The notes: generated by a model not told the origin, from the letters alone. 63,838 nt of DNA, filler included, from Thraustochytrium aureum (GCA_012862495.1; 8 parts of 3 records of this genome joined end to end with filler, not necessarily neighbours in it); one strand, 5' to 3'. Shown: positions 11,600-23,182, numbered from the whole stretch's first letter. Program-made: numbers and translations.

Positions 11600-13129
11600 C
11601 TAGAGGGCAAAATCGAGCCGGATTTGCGAGAAGAGCCCGATTCCGAAAGTGCCAAGCCCGAACAGCAGAAAGGCTGGCGCTGCGTAAAAGTGCCAGCCGC
11701 GGAGGCCAGAACTCATGTAGAGTGCCGCGGGAAAACAGTAGACGTTGAAGGCTGTCACGCAGGCGCCCGTGTAGGACAGGATGGTGGAGAGGCTGCCAAG
11801 GACGCCAAGGACTGTTGACGAAGCGAGGAGAAAGAGGGTCACAAGTGCGGTTCGCACGGCGTTTTCCCTCTCGATGCGGTCCATCTGCGACTGGTCGCCG
11901 TCCACATCGAGCAAGGCAGCCGTGAGGTCCCGACGCATCGAGTATACGTAGATGGGCACCGATGTGCCAAGCTCAAAGGCATAGGTGCAGCGCACCGCCT
12001 GCGCGAGCGCATCCGAGGCGGGAAAGCTGGCCAGGCAGTTGTCCCTGACGTTGTTGCCAAAGGCGATGTAGCAGCCCAACATGATCATGAGATAGTAAAC
12101 CGCAACGGCCAGCATGGAAAACCCCACAATCCGCGCAGTGATGCTCATCTTGGTCTCCATCGTGGCGCCCTTGGGCATGCGCGTCCCGTGCAGGATGGGC
12201 ATCCCGCACGTGGTCGCTTCCATGGCGAAGGCCAGAACAGCGATGACCAGCCAAGACTCGGTGCTGGCCACAAACGCCTTTGCCTCAATGGGAAACACTT
12301 TTTCGGATACCGAAAGGTTGGCAGCCAGCGCCTCCACCTCGGTGTACACAGCGGGCACTCCGTTGCTTGGCCAGTACTGGAAGGCGCCCCATAGCACGAG
12401 CACGAGGAAGAGGAGAAAGTGCAGAAACGTCGTGAACGAGATCTTGGCAAACATATCGGGGTCGCTTCGAAGGGAGATGGGGGCGATGAAGAAAACCATC
12501 AGCAACGTGATGATAAACCAGCTCGACGCATACCAGGGAAGTTGGCATTGAGGGTCGGCGTCCACGCAAGCGAAAGCGTTGAACTGGATCACCCACGGGA
12601 TTGTGTCTCTGAGCACGTTGGCGTACCCAACAAGGATGCCAAACTGGCCGAGGCCAAGCGAAATTGCGACAGCGCGCGCTGCTCGGGGTCCCCATGCCTT
12701 TCGGGCCGTCCCGGTGTAACTTGACGTCCCGTAGTGGAGGCTGGTGCGGTACAGCATCATCATGGTGACGTACAGCAGGAAGGCCGACACGACGATAAGC
12801 AGCGAGACGCTCAGGCTCCCGCCCCGCGGGATCTGAAAAGCGAGCGCGAGCACGCCGCCGCTCACTGCGGCGTTGATCAGCGACCGACCAGTGCCCCACG
12901 ACGTCGCAAGGTGCGAGTCGTCGCGCTCTTCCTCGCCGGCGCCGAGGCCTTCACCAGCTTCTTCCATCGCCTTGGCGCGCTTCACCGCGGCGAGCGCCTT
13001 CACGTGCGAGGCAAAGCTGATCGCGTCGACTGCCGCGCGTAGTCTGCTGACCTGCGCCAGGTCCCCGCGGGGCGCATCGTCCGCGATGCCTGGTGCTGCC
13101 TCCACGTCAACTTGCCGAGATTTGCCCAT
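11600..13129 (-). CDS. Amino-acid transporter (Aa_trans / SLC38-AVT6-like)
   Basis: About 11 hydrophobic segments; LINAAVSGGVLALAF TM1 motif, SSYTGTARKAWG, GCYIAFGNNVRDNCLASFP. Confidence 0.85.
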   Translation of the reverse strand: MGKSRQVDVEAAPGIADDAPRGDLAQVSRLRAAVDAISFASHVKALAAVKRAKAMEEAGEGLGAGEEERDDSHLATSWGTGRSLINAAVSGGVLALAFQIPRGGSLSVSLLIVVSAFLLYVTMMMLYRTSLHYGTSSYTGTARKAWGPRAARAVAISLGLGQFGILVGYANVLRDTIPWVIQFNAFACVDADPQCQLPWYASSWFIITLLMVFFIAPISLRSDPDMFAKISFTTFLHFLLFLVLVLWGAFQYWPSNGVPAVYTEVEALAANLSVSEKVFPIEAKAFVASTESWLVIAVLAFAMEATTCGMPILHGTRMPKGATMETKMSITARIVGFSMLAVAVYYLMIMLGCYIAFGNNVRDNCLASFPASDALAQAVRCTYAFELGTSVPIYVYSMRRDLTAALLDVDGDQSQMDRIERENAVRTALVTLFLLASSTVLGVLGSLSTILSYTGACVTAFNVYCFPAALYMSSGLRGWHFYAAPAFLLFGLGTFGIGLFSQIRLDFAL

Positions 13130-14169
13130 CGCGTCGCGAGTAGCGCTGCGCGGCCCGCAGCCGGCACGTTGCCAAGTCGCCTTCCTGGACGCGCGCCTGC
13201 TTCAATAGCTCGCGTGCTTCGCGTTAGGACTCTGCGACTGCATCAGGGATGACTGACTGCGCTGTCCGCTGTGTGGTGTTGTGGGTACTGGACTCTGCTT
13301 GTTATCGTCACCCTGAAAACGGTGTGCACTTTGCGGAACGCATATCTACCAGCAAATTGTGGACATAAATGAACGGTAAAAGTTTCATAAGGTGAAAGAC
13401 GTGGCGAGTTTAGGGCCTTTCGTGCGAGCCAGCTGGAGCTCTGGCAAGGTGGATGCGGCGACCAGCAGACATGCAGGCGTCGCATGGTGACTCGCACTGC
13501 TCCCAGCCTCTTCGTTTCGCAAGCTGCGCTCTGGCTTTCTCTGTCGCTTTGCTTGCGCCGCCACAGGTGTTTTTTTTGTCGCACCTCGGANNNNNNNNNN
13601 NNNNNNNNNNNNNNNNNNNNNNNNNNNNNNNNNNNNNNNNNNNNNNNNNNNNNNNNNNNNNNNNNNNNNNNNNNNNNNNNNNNNNNNNNNNNNNNNNNNN
13701 NNNNNNNNNNNNNNNNNNNNNNNNNNNNNNNNNNNNNNNNNNNNNNNNNNNNNNNNNNNNNNNNNNNNNNNNNNNNNNNNNNNNNNNNNNNNNNNNNNNN
13801 NNNNNNNNNNNNNNNNNNNNNNNNNNNNNNNNNNNNNNNNNNNNNNNNNNNNNNNNNNNNNNNNNNNNNNNNNNNNNNNNNNNNNNNNNNNNNNNNNNNN
13901 NNNNNNNNNNNNNNNNNNNNNNNNNNNNNNNNNNNNNNNNNNNNNNNNNNNNNNNNNNNNNNNNNNNNNNNNNNNNNNNNNNNNNNNNNNNNNNNNNNNN
14001 NNNNNNNNNNNNNNNNNNNNNNNNNNNNNNNNNNNNNNNNNNNNNNNNNNNNNNNNNNNNNNNNNNNNNNNNNNNNNNNNNNNNNNNNNNNNNNNNNNNN
14101 NNNNNNNNNNNNNNNNNNNNNNNNNNNNNNNNNNNNNNNNAGGAGCCACGGAGGCGGGGCGTTTGCGAG

Positions 14170-15084
14170 ATGGGCCTGGGCAAGGTCGAGGGCGCCGCTG
14201 GCGATAAGGCGGCGCGGCTGGAGCAGTCCGTGGCGGAGGACGCGTATGCCGCCCTGCAGACGTACAAGACGTTTCACGCGCGCGCCGCGAAGAAGGGCAG
14301 CTTTGAAGTTGCCATCGACCTGCTGCGCTCCGGGAGCATCGTGCTGCTGAAACATGGGCACACGACGGCTGGGACCGAGCTGGCGCTCCTTCTGGTGGAG
14401 ACGCTTGAGACGAACAAGATCGAGCAGTCGGAGGAGTTGACCGGGATCGTCCTCAAGGTGAACGAGGCGTTCGAGACTTGCGAGGTCCCAGAAAGCGCCA
14501 AGCCGGAGGCGCTCAAGAACCAGGCGCGCTTCCTCAAGGCCGCGATCGCGTGGTCCACGCTCGCCCACTGCGGCCAGCACCCGAAGGGCGACCCGAGCTT
14601 TCACCTCATGGCGGCAAAGGCCAAAGTGCGGCGCGGCGACTTGCCAGGCGCCGCGAGCAACTTTTTGCACTCTCGCAAGCCCAAGGAGTTTGCCGCTTTT
14701 CTCTACCAGGTTTCCTGCAAGGCGTACGCGAGCGAGCGAGACCTGATTTTGGCTCGGGCAGTGCTTCAGCTCCTCGCGCTGGAAAACCTCAAGGACGCCA
14801 ACATCGTGTATGAGACCTATATCGGTATCCACGTCTTGAAGAAGACCCCGGTGCCCGACTCGCCGCTGGCCAACTTTATTCGCTTCCTCCTCAAGACGCT
14901 CGAGCGAGACGCGTACCCGCTCTTCAAGATGCTCTGCGAGAAGTACGCGCCTTCGATCAACAGGGATGGCACCTTCCAGGTGTACCTTGACCGGATACAA
15001 GAACTGTTTTTCGGCGTCAAGCCGCAGAAGAAGGGCCTGCAAGCGATGATGGACAGCATGCTCGGCATGTTTGGCGGAAACTAG
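14170..15084 (+). CDS. GET4: Golgi-to-ER traffic protein 4 (GET4/TRC35); the 5' end may extend into the upstream gap
   Basis: YAALQTYKT, AGTELALLL, FLKAAIAWS...GDPSFH, ERDLILARAVLQLL, PLANFIRFLL, LCEKYAPSINRD, YLDRIQELFFG, C-terminal MMDSMLGMFG. Confidence 0.92.
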   Translation: MGLGKVEGAAGDKAARLEQSVAEDAYAALQTYKTFHARAAKKGSFEVAIDLLRSGSIVLLKHGHTTAGTELALLLVETLETNKIEQSEELTGIVLKVNEAFETCEVPESAKPEALKNQARFLKAAIAWSTLAHCGQHPKGDPSFHLMAAKAKVRRGDLPGAASNFLHSRKPKEFAAFLYQVSCKAYASERDLILARAVLQLLALENLKDANIVYETYIGIHVLKKTPVPDSPLANFIRFLLKTLERDAYPLFKMLCEKYAPSINRDGTFQVYLDRIQELFFGVKPQKKGLQAMMDSMLGMFGGN

Positions 15085-15306
15085 CTGCGGGTCGGCGCCA
15101 ACGGTGCGCCCCGAGCGCCTGTCCGCCTGCCTGTTGGGGCCACGTCGCCGCGCAGCACCTTGTGAGGCAAATCAATCACTTAAAACTAGCTTTGGTCTCT
15201 CTTTCCTCTCCCGTCCCTCAACCTTCCTTACACTATCGCGAAGCAAGCGCCAAGCGGAGCCGCGCGCTCGCGCGAGTTTGAAACCACACGAGCGGAGCCC
15301 GGCTCT

Positions 15307-15431
15307 CGCGCTTCCGCAACGCGCGCTTCCGCAACGCGTGCTTCCGCAACGCGCGCTTCCGCTACTCGCGCGTCCGCTACTCGCGCGTCCGCTACTCGCG
15401 CGTCCGCTACTCGCGCGTCCGCTACTCGCGC
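15307..15431. repeat. 15-bp minisatellite, about 8 units in two variants (cgcgcttccgcaacg then cgcgcgtccgctact)
   Basis: Seen directly between the convergent 3' ends of GET4 and the Ubl gene. Confidence 0.9.
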
Positions 15432-17239
15432 TTCGCTTTCTTGGCAGCCGCCCTGCTCTCTTGGCCAGCTGAGTGCGCATTGCCGCGTGTTGTGCCGGCT
15501 CGGTCCTCGGACCCACCCGCGCCAAATCCCCTTGGCGCCGAGCTATCACCTCCGTCATGGAGGCTAACCGGCTGTTGAACACTTGACGGCGCAGAGGCCG
15601 ACGAAGCGTTCGGGCGCTGAACCTCCTCGCGAGTTCGCTTCCTGTCCGCGCCATGCGACGGTGCTGAACGGCTCGAGTTCGCAGGTACACTGGAGGCCGC
15701 ACCGCGCCGTCCGCCGCTCGTCTCGCTTGCGGGTCGACCTCCCCGGCTGCGCGGTAGTTCCNNNNNNNNNNNNNNNNNNNNNNNNNNNNNNNNNNNNNNN
15801 NNNNNNNNNNNNNNNNNNNNNNNNNNNNNNNNNNNNNNNNNNNNNNNNNNNNNNNNNNNNNNNNNNNNNNNNNNNNNNNNNNNNNNNNNNNNNNNNNNNN
15901 NNNNNNNNNNNNNNNNNNNNNNNNNNNNNNNNNNNNNNNNNNNNNNNNNNNNNNNNNNNNNNNNNNNNNNNNNNNNNNNNNNNNNNNNNNNNNNNNNNNN
16001 NNNNNNNNNNNNNNNNNNNNNNNNNNNNNNNNNNNNNNNNNNNNNNNNNNNNNNNNNNNNNNNNNNNNNNNNNNNNNNNNNNNNNNNNNNNNNNNNNNNN
16101 NNNNNNNNNNNNNNNNNNNNNNNNNNNNNNNNNNNNNNNNNNNNNNNNNNNNNNNNNNNNNNNNNNNNNNNNNNNNNNNNNNNNNNNNNNNNNNNNNNNN
16201 NNNNNNNNNNNNNNNNNNNNNNNNNNNNNNNNNNNNNNNNNNNNNNNNNNNNNNNNNNNNNNNNNNNNNNNNNNNNNNNNNNNNNNNNNNNNNNNNNNNN
16301 NNNNNNNNNNNNNNNNNNNNNNNNNNNNNNNNNNNNNNNNNNNNNNNNNNNNNNNNNNNNNNNNNNNNNNNNNNNNNNNNNNNNNNNNNNNNNNNNNNNN
16401 NNNNNNNNNNNNNNNNNNNNNNNNNNNNNACGAGTTCGCGACGGCTGTTGCACCTCTGGGAGCAGTGCGTCCCGCGCTTCCGTGATCTGCCTCCCGAGCT
16501 CGCGTAGAGCTGCGCTGGGCGCGCGCTCGCCGTCAGTTGCCCTCCGCGGTGCCGAGGCGGCACCTGCATCGAGCGCCTCCATGGCCGTTCTCACGGCGGC
16601 TGAAAGCGCTGTCGGGTTCAGTACCGCATGCAAGCCTTCGCTGCTCTGTTGCAACATGCGCTCAAAGGTCTGGCGGAACTCCGCTTCATGGCCGTCATTT
16701 CGTGCCGGCCCAGAGCCTTGGCGGCCCGTGGCGCCCTCCGATTCCGGGTCGCTCAGGTCTTCCGTTAGAGAACTAATGAAGTCACGCATTTCTGGCTCGA
16801 ACATCGCGGAGAAGTTGACAACGCCACTCGCTTGGCCTATCGCTTGGCCAAAGTGAACAGGCCCGCTTGCCTGGCCGGCTTGCAGGGCTGGCAGGGGCAT
16901 GCCAAAAACAATCGGCCTTCTCCGCGCGCTCTGCTGCGCAGCGCTTCGAGCTCTTGCCCGGGCCGGTTGTTGGGGTGGCGGCCCGGCACTTTCGACCATG
17001 TGGATGGTCACCCCGTCTTCGATAGAGTAAAACGCGCAACTCTTGTCGTTCTTGAGCACCCGGCCTCGAAAAATCAGCCGCTGCCGCTCGGCGTCCACGC
17101 CCGTCGCCGAGCTCACCAACTCCTTCAGCCGCGTCACCGTGCAGCACGGCTGAATCACAACTTCATGCTGCGAGTCCGCCAGCGTCTTGACCCTGATCCT
17201 CCACCCAGTAGGCGCGGCGGGGCCCACATCCGCCGCCAT
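15422..17239 (-). CDS. N-terminal ubiquitin-like domain protein, BAG6/CIP73-like; gap 15762-16429
   Basis: IRVKTLADSQHEV...LKELVSSATGVDAERQRLIFRGRVLKNDK...IEDGVTIHMV matches the BAG6-type Ubl, followed by a long low-complexity body. The C-terminal frame after the gap is uncertain. Confidence 0.7.
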   Translation of the reverse strand: MAADVGPAAPTGWRIRVKTLADSQHEVVIQPCCTVTRLKELVSSATGVDAERQRLIFRGRVLKNDKSCAFYSIEDGVTIHMVESAGPPPQQPARARARSAAQQSARRRPIVFGMPLPALQAGQASGPVHFGQAIGQASGVVNFSAMFEPEMRDFISSLTEDLSDPESEGATGRQGSGPARNDGHEAEFRQTFERMLQQSSEGLHAVLNPTALSAAVRTAMEALDAGAASAPRRATDGERAPSAALRELGRQITEARDALLPEVQQPSRTRXXXXXXXXXXXXXXXXXXXXXXXXXXXXXXXXXXXXXXXXXXXXXXXXXXXXXXXXXXXXXXXXXXXXXXXXXXXXXXXXXXXXXXXXXXXXXXXXXXXXXXXXXXXXXXXXXXXXXXXXXXXXXXXXXXXXXXXXXXXXXXXXXXXXXXXXXXXXXXXXXXXXXXXXXXXXXXXXXXXXXXXXXXXXXXXXXXXXXXXXXXXXXXXXXXXXXXXXXXXXXXXELPRSRGGRPASETSGGRRGAASSVPANSSRSAPSHGADRKRTREEVQRPNASSASAPSSVQQPVSLHDGGDSSAPRGFGAGGSEDRAGTTRGNAHSAGQESRAAAKKAKRE

Positions 17240-18341
17240 CCCAGCTTCCCGCGAGTTACACGGCCTCGCAGCAGAGCGCCCCAGCCTCCTCCGCAGTCGC
17301 CTCGCGCCCTGGTGCGGCGCTCTCCCTCTCTCCCTCCTCGGCGCCCGCCCAACGCAGATGCAGCACTGCGCAACAATACCGCCTCCTGCTCCTGCTCGTT
17401 GTACAGCTGGCGCCCTGACGCCTACCCCCATTTACCTCGAATATTCCTCTTGCAAAATATCGCTAATAATGCAATAAGGGGGCACTACTTCACTCCCGCG
17501 ACCTCGAGCAAGCGGAGGATGCCGGCCCTTGGCCCGCCTGGGCCACGGACGATGCCTTTGAGATGGCGAGCGTGGGCTGGCCGGACTGGCTTTGAAGCCT
17601 TCGAGATGGTGGGCGTGGGCTGGCTTTGGTGCGGAGCGTTCGATGAAGCCCTGTCGATGTGGCCCAAGCCATTGGGCCGAACCAGCCGGTGCGCTGCTCG
17701 TCGAGATGCTGCGCGCTGAATCTTCAACGGTGGCCGCGGCGCATCGCGCCCTACATCGGCCTCTGGAGGGCACTACTGCGCAGCGACTCTTGGCTAGCTA
17801 GGGCGCTGGGCCACCGGATGGATGTGGATGGACACTCGCGTTGCTTTCAGCCTTCCAGCAGCAGGGCCTGCGGCCTGCACCAGTGCCGCCTGCTGCGGTT
17901 GTCCTTTGCCTCGTCAAGCGCCTCCAAGCGCGTGCAGCGTCGCGTGCAGCGTCGGATTCCGCGCGTTGGCGTGTCGTCCAACTTGTACAGCACAGACGAA
18001 AGTGCTGGGAACATATCCGTTNNNNNNNNNNNNNNNNNNNNNNNNNNNNNNNNNNNNNNNNNNNNNNNNNNNNNNNNNNNNNNNNNNNNNNNNNNNNNNN
18101 NNNNNNNNNNNNNNNNNNNNNNNNNNNNNNNNNNNNNNNNNNNNNNNNNNNNNNNNNNNNNNNNNNNNNNNNNNNNNNNNNNNNNNNNNNNNNNNNNNNN
18201 NNNNNNNNNNNNNNNNNNNNNNNNNNNNNNNNNNNNNNNNNNNNNNNNNNNNNNNNNNNNNNNNNNNNNNNNNNNNNNNNNNNNNCTCGCGTGCTCGCTG
18301 CGAGGCTTGCGCGGCCGCGGCCGGCGAGTTGGGGATTGGGA

Positions 18342-21300
18342 ATGGAGCCTGGGCGCAGCCCCCGGGTTGTGCTTGAACCGCTTGCGGACGAAGACGGAGC
18401 GCGGCGCAGGGCGGAGGAGGCCGCGGCGATTGGCGTGTCGCCGAAGAAGCTCCCCGAGCTACGGCCCGGGACGCAGGCGTATACGCTATTTCCGATGGGG
18501 TCCAGCTCGAATCTGAACAAGCTGGACCCGATACCGGGTGCGCCAGTGCTGCCGCGCGAAAATCGCCTGTTCGTGTTTGAGCTTCGCAAGGGGCCCGAGG
18601 GGCTCGGGTTTCGGGTGCGCGAGGACAAGGAGGGCAACGCTGTTCGCATCTCGCACGTGTTCACCGACCACCGCGCGCCTGTCGTCAAGCACCACGTCTC
18701 AAGCGCAGAGTACTTGCTCATGCCCGGGGACATTGTTTTGCAAATTGGCGAGGTCACCATCAGCTCGGCGCAGCAGGCAGTGAGCGAGATTCTGTCGCTA
18801 CCACAGGACCGATTTGCGTGCGTGCATATTGTTCGAGAGGGGATGAGCAAGCTCAAGGAGCGCGAGCGCGAGGTACAGGTGATTGAGGAGGGCCACTCTG
18901 TCGAGATCCGTGAGCGCCACCAAGACGAGCTTCGCATACTGGAGCAGCAGCGCAAATTTGAGCGGCAGGTCGCCATTCGCAAGCTCGCGCGGGACTCGGA
19001 GCTTTTGCGCGAGTTCATATCTGCTTGCGAGTCCAAGTTTACGGTTCCCGATCTCGACCTGCTGTGTCGGCTTCGAGACTCGTTCAGCCAGGGCGCGGCG
19101 TCGCAAGCGGGCTCGAGCGGCGCCACAAACAGCCTCGAGCTTGGTTCGCTGCCGACGCTCAAGCCCATCCAGGTCTTCCTGATGTGCCAGGTATTCTCCA
19201 AACTCCGGGACACCACGCTGCGCGACAAGATTCTCCACATCGACTTTGGTTGGCGCGATGTCGATCGGATGGGACTTTACGCGCTGGCTGGCTTGCTGGA
19301 AAACGCTCACGATATTCCCATTCTCGAGCCGGAGGAGCCGCCGCAGCCTACGCCAATGGAGATTCCGGGCCCAGCGACGGAAGGGGACGATGATCAGCCA
19401 GAGCAAGTGGAAGCTGGGCTTCTGGTCAGCGCTCGACCAGCCGAGGACAACAACCAAGACGGCATCGCAGCAACCCCTTCCGCCGCCGATGGGGAGGAGG
19501 AGCAGCAGCCCAGCGAAGATCGGGGGCCTGCGGTTCTCCCAACGCGCAAGAGCATCCAAATCAGCACCGAGAGCATCGACACCGGAATTGAGGTCTGCCT
19601 CGACCAGCCTTGCTTTTTCGGCAACGCCTTTCTCCTTCGCGTCGTAAAGCTCTTACCGGAGGTGTCGCGGCTCACAAGTATTTCGCTGGCCAAGTCCAAC
19701 ATTACCGACGCGGTCTCGGAGGACCTGGTCGGCGCGCTCATGCAGTGCACCAAACAGCCCATCAATTCGCTAAACCTTAGCCACAACAGCTTTGGGGTGC
19801 GTCTTGCCACGCTCGTGGGAGACGCCTGGTGCGCGCCGGGGAGACAACCCGATCAAGCGCATCTCCACAATGCACCTCGGGTGGAACGAGCTGGGCAGCA
19901 AGGGCGGAACCATCCTGTTCTCAAGACTGCTCGAAGCGACAGACTGCGGCCTCGTCGATCTTGACGTCTCCTTCAACGGGCTGAACGACGAGGTCGCGCC
20001 ATCGATTCGCAAGCTCATAGAATCAAACGCGCTCGAACGCTTACAAAAGCTAAACCTTGCGCACAACAGGTTCCAAAGCAAAGGCGGGATGGAGATTGCG
20101 TGGGCTCTGGAAGCCACAACGACGCTGGGCGAGTTCTCGATTGGGTTCAACAAACTCGGGTTTGACGCTACCGTTTTCATGATCGCCAAAGCTCGCGAAA
20201 CGACCTGTATCGAGGTCTTGGAAATCGAAAACACATGCGGGGACTACACGCTGAGCAGCACGCTCGGAAACAAGGTCGTCTGCGACGACGCAGAGCACGA
20301 AAAGTTTGGCGATGACATCGTGCAGTACCTGTGGGACCTCAAGGAGCATATGAACGTCCTGCGGGCCAAGTCCGGGTCCTTTGTAGTGGACGTTCTCATC
20401 GAGTACCCGTTCAAGCAGCGAGAGTGCCTTTCGGAGCTCAAGTGGTTTTACAAGCCGCTCGGCATCGAGGTGGCCAAGCGGCAGGAGCCGCGGCACAACC
20501 GCTACAGCCTCGCCGTGTCGATTTTCAAAGACAGGCTCAAGGAAAGTGACAGCCGAGCGTTCTTCGACACCAAGCCCGTGATCGACGCCGCGATGAACAC
20601 CGACTGGCACTTTCTCATGCCCAAACTACAGCGCTTCATCAAGAAAGACCCCAGCCAAATCGACCTCATCAAGGAGATCATTCACGAGCGCTACGCGAGA
20701 CTGAGCAACATCTTTCGAAGGTATGCTGCAGACGGCGACGAGCAGATTGCATCGGGTTTGTCGAGTGGCTGGACCTGGTCAGCGGATGCGGGATCCCGGA
20801 CCGCTNNNNNNNNNNNNNNNNNNNNNNNNNNNNNNNNNNNNNNNNNNNNNNNNNNNNNNNNNNNNNNNNNNNNNNNNNNNNNNNNNNNNNNNNNNNNNNN
20901 NNNNNNNNNNNNNNNNNNNNNNNNNNNNNNNNNNNNNNNNNNNNNNNNNNNNNNNNNNNNNNNNNNNNNNNNNNNNNNNNNNNNNNNNNNNNNNNNNNNN
21001 NNNNNNNNNNNNNNNNNNNNCCATGGACGAAAATCCGGACAACGCCCTGTGCCTCTACGAGTTTATCGAAGCGCTGGTCCGGCTCGCGCTGCGCAAGTTT
21101 TTCGACAAGGCCTCCAAGCGCGTCGCGGAGAGCGAGTCGGAGGCGGTGACCTGGCTCCTCGACGAGTACGTGCTGCCCAGGTGTGCGCAGCTTGACTCTA
21201 ACGTGTTCAGGCGCGACAAGATGTACTTTTTCGACATCATCTGCGTGCTGGACACGTACAAGCTCAAGGTCGACAAGCTTTGGCGCGAGTACGCCGGAAG

Positions 21301-21913
21301 CTCTGGGGCCAGTTTGCTCATGAACGTCAACCAGTGGAAGGACTTTTGCGCGGCGACCGGGCTTGCGGCGCTGACGTTCACACCCAAGAACGCAAAGAAG
21401 AACGAGCGCGCGCGGGCGATGTTTCCGGCGGGCGTGATTCAGTTCGCCTTCTGGGCCGCGCAGACTGCAGTGAAGAACCTCCTCGTTCGAAACGTGCGCG
21501 AAAAGGCGCGCGACAGCAACGACACGCTCACCTACACCGAGTTTCTCGAAGCCATCGTGCGGCTGGCCGACTCGCTCGCCGCCCCGGACCTGCTCGTGGA
21601 ACTGGGGCTCCGCGAGGACTGCATCCTTTCCGAAAAGCTGGTTGTAGTGTTGGAGGCGATGACAGGCACTGCGCCGCCGGACATTTTTGGCCAGGCCAGC
21701 TACCCCTCGCTCCTCAGCTCCCTGCGCGAGAACCGGACGCAGATGGAGTGGCCGGAGCGCGACGACTACGTCTTTGAGGCTGAGCCGAGTGCGGACGACG
21801 AGCAGGCCTCAGACGCTGGTACGCCAGAAGACCAGGCAGAGGCCGGCGACGCTGCCGAGCAAAGCCAGCCGCCCCTCGAGCCGCCGAGCGAGGAGGCGCA
21901 AGGCCAAACCTAG
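18342..21913 (+). CDS. Large PDZ + coiled-coil + RNI-type LRR protein with C-terminal EF-hand-like helices; frameshift ~19840, gap 20806-21020
   Basis: ELRKGPEGLGFRV...LMPGDIVLQIG (PDZ); LNLSHNSFG, LDVSFNGL, LNLAHNRF (LRRs); LCLYEFIEALVRLA and LTYTEFLEAIVRLA. Confidence 0.75.
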
Positions 21914-22128
21914 CGGGCTCAAAGCCCCGCCGCCATCGCCCTGACCGGCCGGTTCGCTGCCTGGCTCTACGTAGCTAGAACAAGCTGGCTCTGGGATTTC
22001 TCGCCGGCCTCGCCCGAACGGCAGCGCGCCTCATCAAGCCTTGCAAGCCCGCCACACCACGCCAAGTCGCTCTGTCTCTCCTCTAGCTAGAGCTCGAGCT
22101 AGCTACTAGTAGGGAGTGAGAGAGATAG

Positions 22129-22199
22129 CTCGAGCTGGACCTCGAGCTGGACCTCGAGCTGGACCTCGAGCTGGACCTCGAGCTGGACCTCGAGCTGGA
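22129..22199. repeat. 12-bp tandem repeat (ctcgagctggac) x ~6
   Basis: Seen directly between convergent gene ends. Confidence 0.9.
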
Positions 22200-22231
22200 G
22201 GGTACTATTTTCCGCCATTCATTCATATAGA

Positions 22232-23182
22232 TTAGAGGACAATCCCGGCCTGAATTGTTCGCCGCGTGCGCTCCTGGAGCTGCTCGACGCTGTCAAAGTC
22301 AGCCGGGTCGATTGGATCGTGCACGGTGATCCGGACCGGGGCGTCTTCCCCCCGCTCTAGCCAGGTCTCGCCGCGATTCGGCGGCATCAACCGGCCCGTT
22401 CCGCTAATTGAAATCGGAACGATCTTGACGTTCGCCTTGGATGCGATCACAAATGCGCCCTTCTTGAACGGCTGCACGTAGCCGTCACGAGAGCGCGTCC
22501 CTTCTGCAAAAATAAAGACAGAAACCCCAGCCTTGACTCGCTCCACGCACGTGTCGATGACAGAGGTGCGGCTCTCCTTGTTGCCTCGTGAGACCCCGAC
22601 GTGGCCAATGAGCCCCATGCACCACCCGACGACCGGGATCAAAAAGATCTGCGCCTTGGAAACGAAGCGAATTGGGAACGGCAGCCAAAACATCGAGTAA
22701 ATGTCCACCCAGCTCTGGTGGTTGGACACGTACACGACAGCGTGGCCATCCTCGACGAGCGGGAGAACCTTTTCCACGCCCTCGAACTGTGGCTCGAAAA
22801 AAGGCAAGCAGGTCAGTCGGGCCCACGTACGCTGAATCCAGTCCAGGAACGACCGCCGGTCCCTGTCAACGATCATGACCAGTGGGAAGGAGCAGAGCAG
22901 CACCGCCGAAAGCGGAAGGCACAGAAACCCCGTCCACGCGAAAAACAGGTGCGCGCGGGACACTTGTGGAGGGTGGCCCACGACCCAGTGGTATCCCGCA
23001 GCGATGGCAAAAGATGTTGGAATCAGCGCCAACAACCCATATGATACCTTGACCACTTTCCACGACCAGAGTGCTATGCGTCCTACAACCGCGCTTGGCG
23101 CAGAGGCGGCTCGGCCGGCCTGCGGCGTTTGGGTCCGTGCCGCCGACAAAAGCGTTCTCTTTCCAAGCCCGGCCGCAGCCAT
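22232..23182 (-). CDS. 1-acyl-sn-glycerol-3-phosphate acyltransferase (LPAAT, PlsC-type), possible organellar transit peptide
   Basis: Acyltransferase motifs SNHQSWVD, FVSKAQIF, FAEGTRS, PFKKGAF, IVPISI. The N-terminus is Ala/Arg/Ser-rich. Start codon uncertain. Confidence 0.9.
   Translation of the reverse strand: MAAAGLGKRTLLSAARTQTPQAGRAASAPSAVVGRIALWSWKVVKVSYGLLALIPTSFAIAAGYHWVVGHPPQVSRAHLFFAWTGFLCLPLSAVLLCSFPLVMIVDRDRRSFLDWIQRTWARLTCLPFFEPQFEGVEKVLPLVEDGHAVVYVSNHQSWVDIYSMFWLPFPIRFVSKAQIFLIPVVGWCMGLIGHVGVSRGNKESRTSVIDTCVERVKAGVSVFIFAEGTRSRDGYVQPFKKGAFVIASKANVKIVPISISGTGRLMPPNRGETWLERGEDAPVRITVHDPIDPADFDSVEQLQERTRRTIQAGIVL

Noticed and set aside
15307..22199. Short tandem arrays read as CRISPR
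   Set aside because: No unique spacers, no cas genes, and a eukaryotic context.
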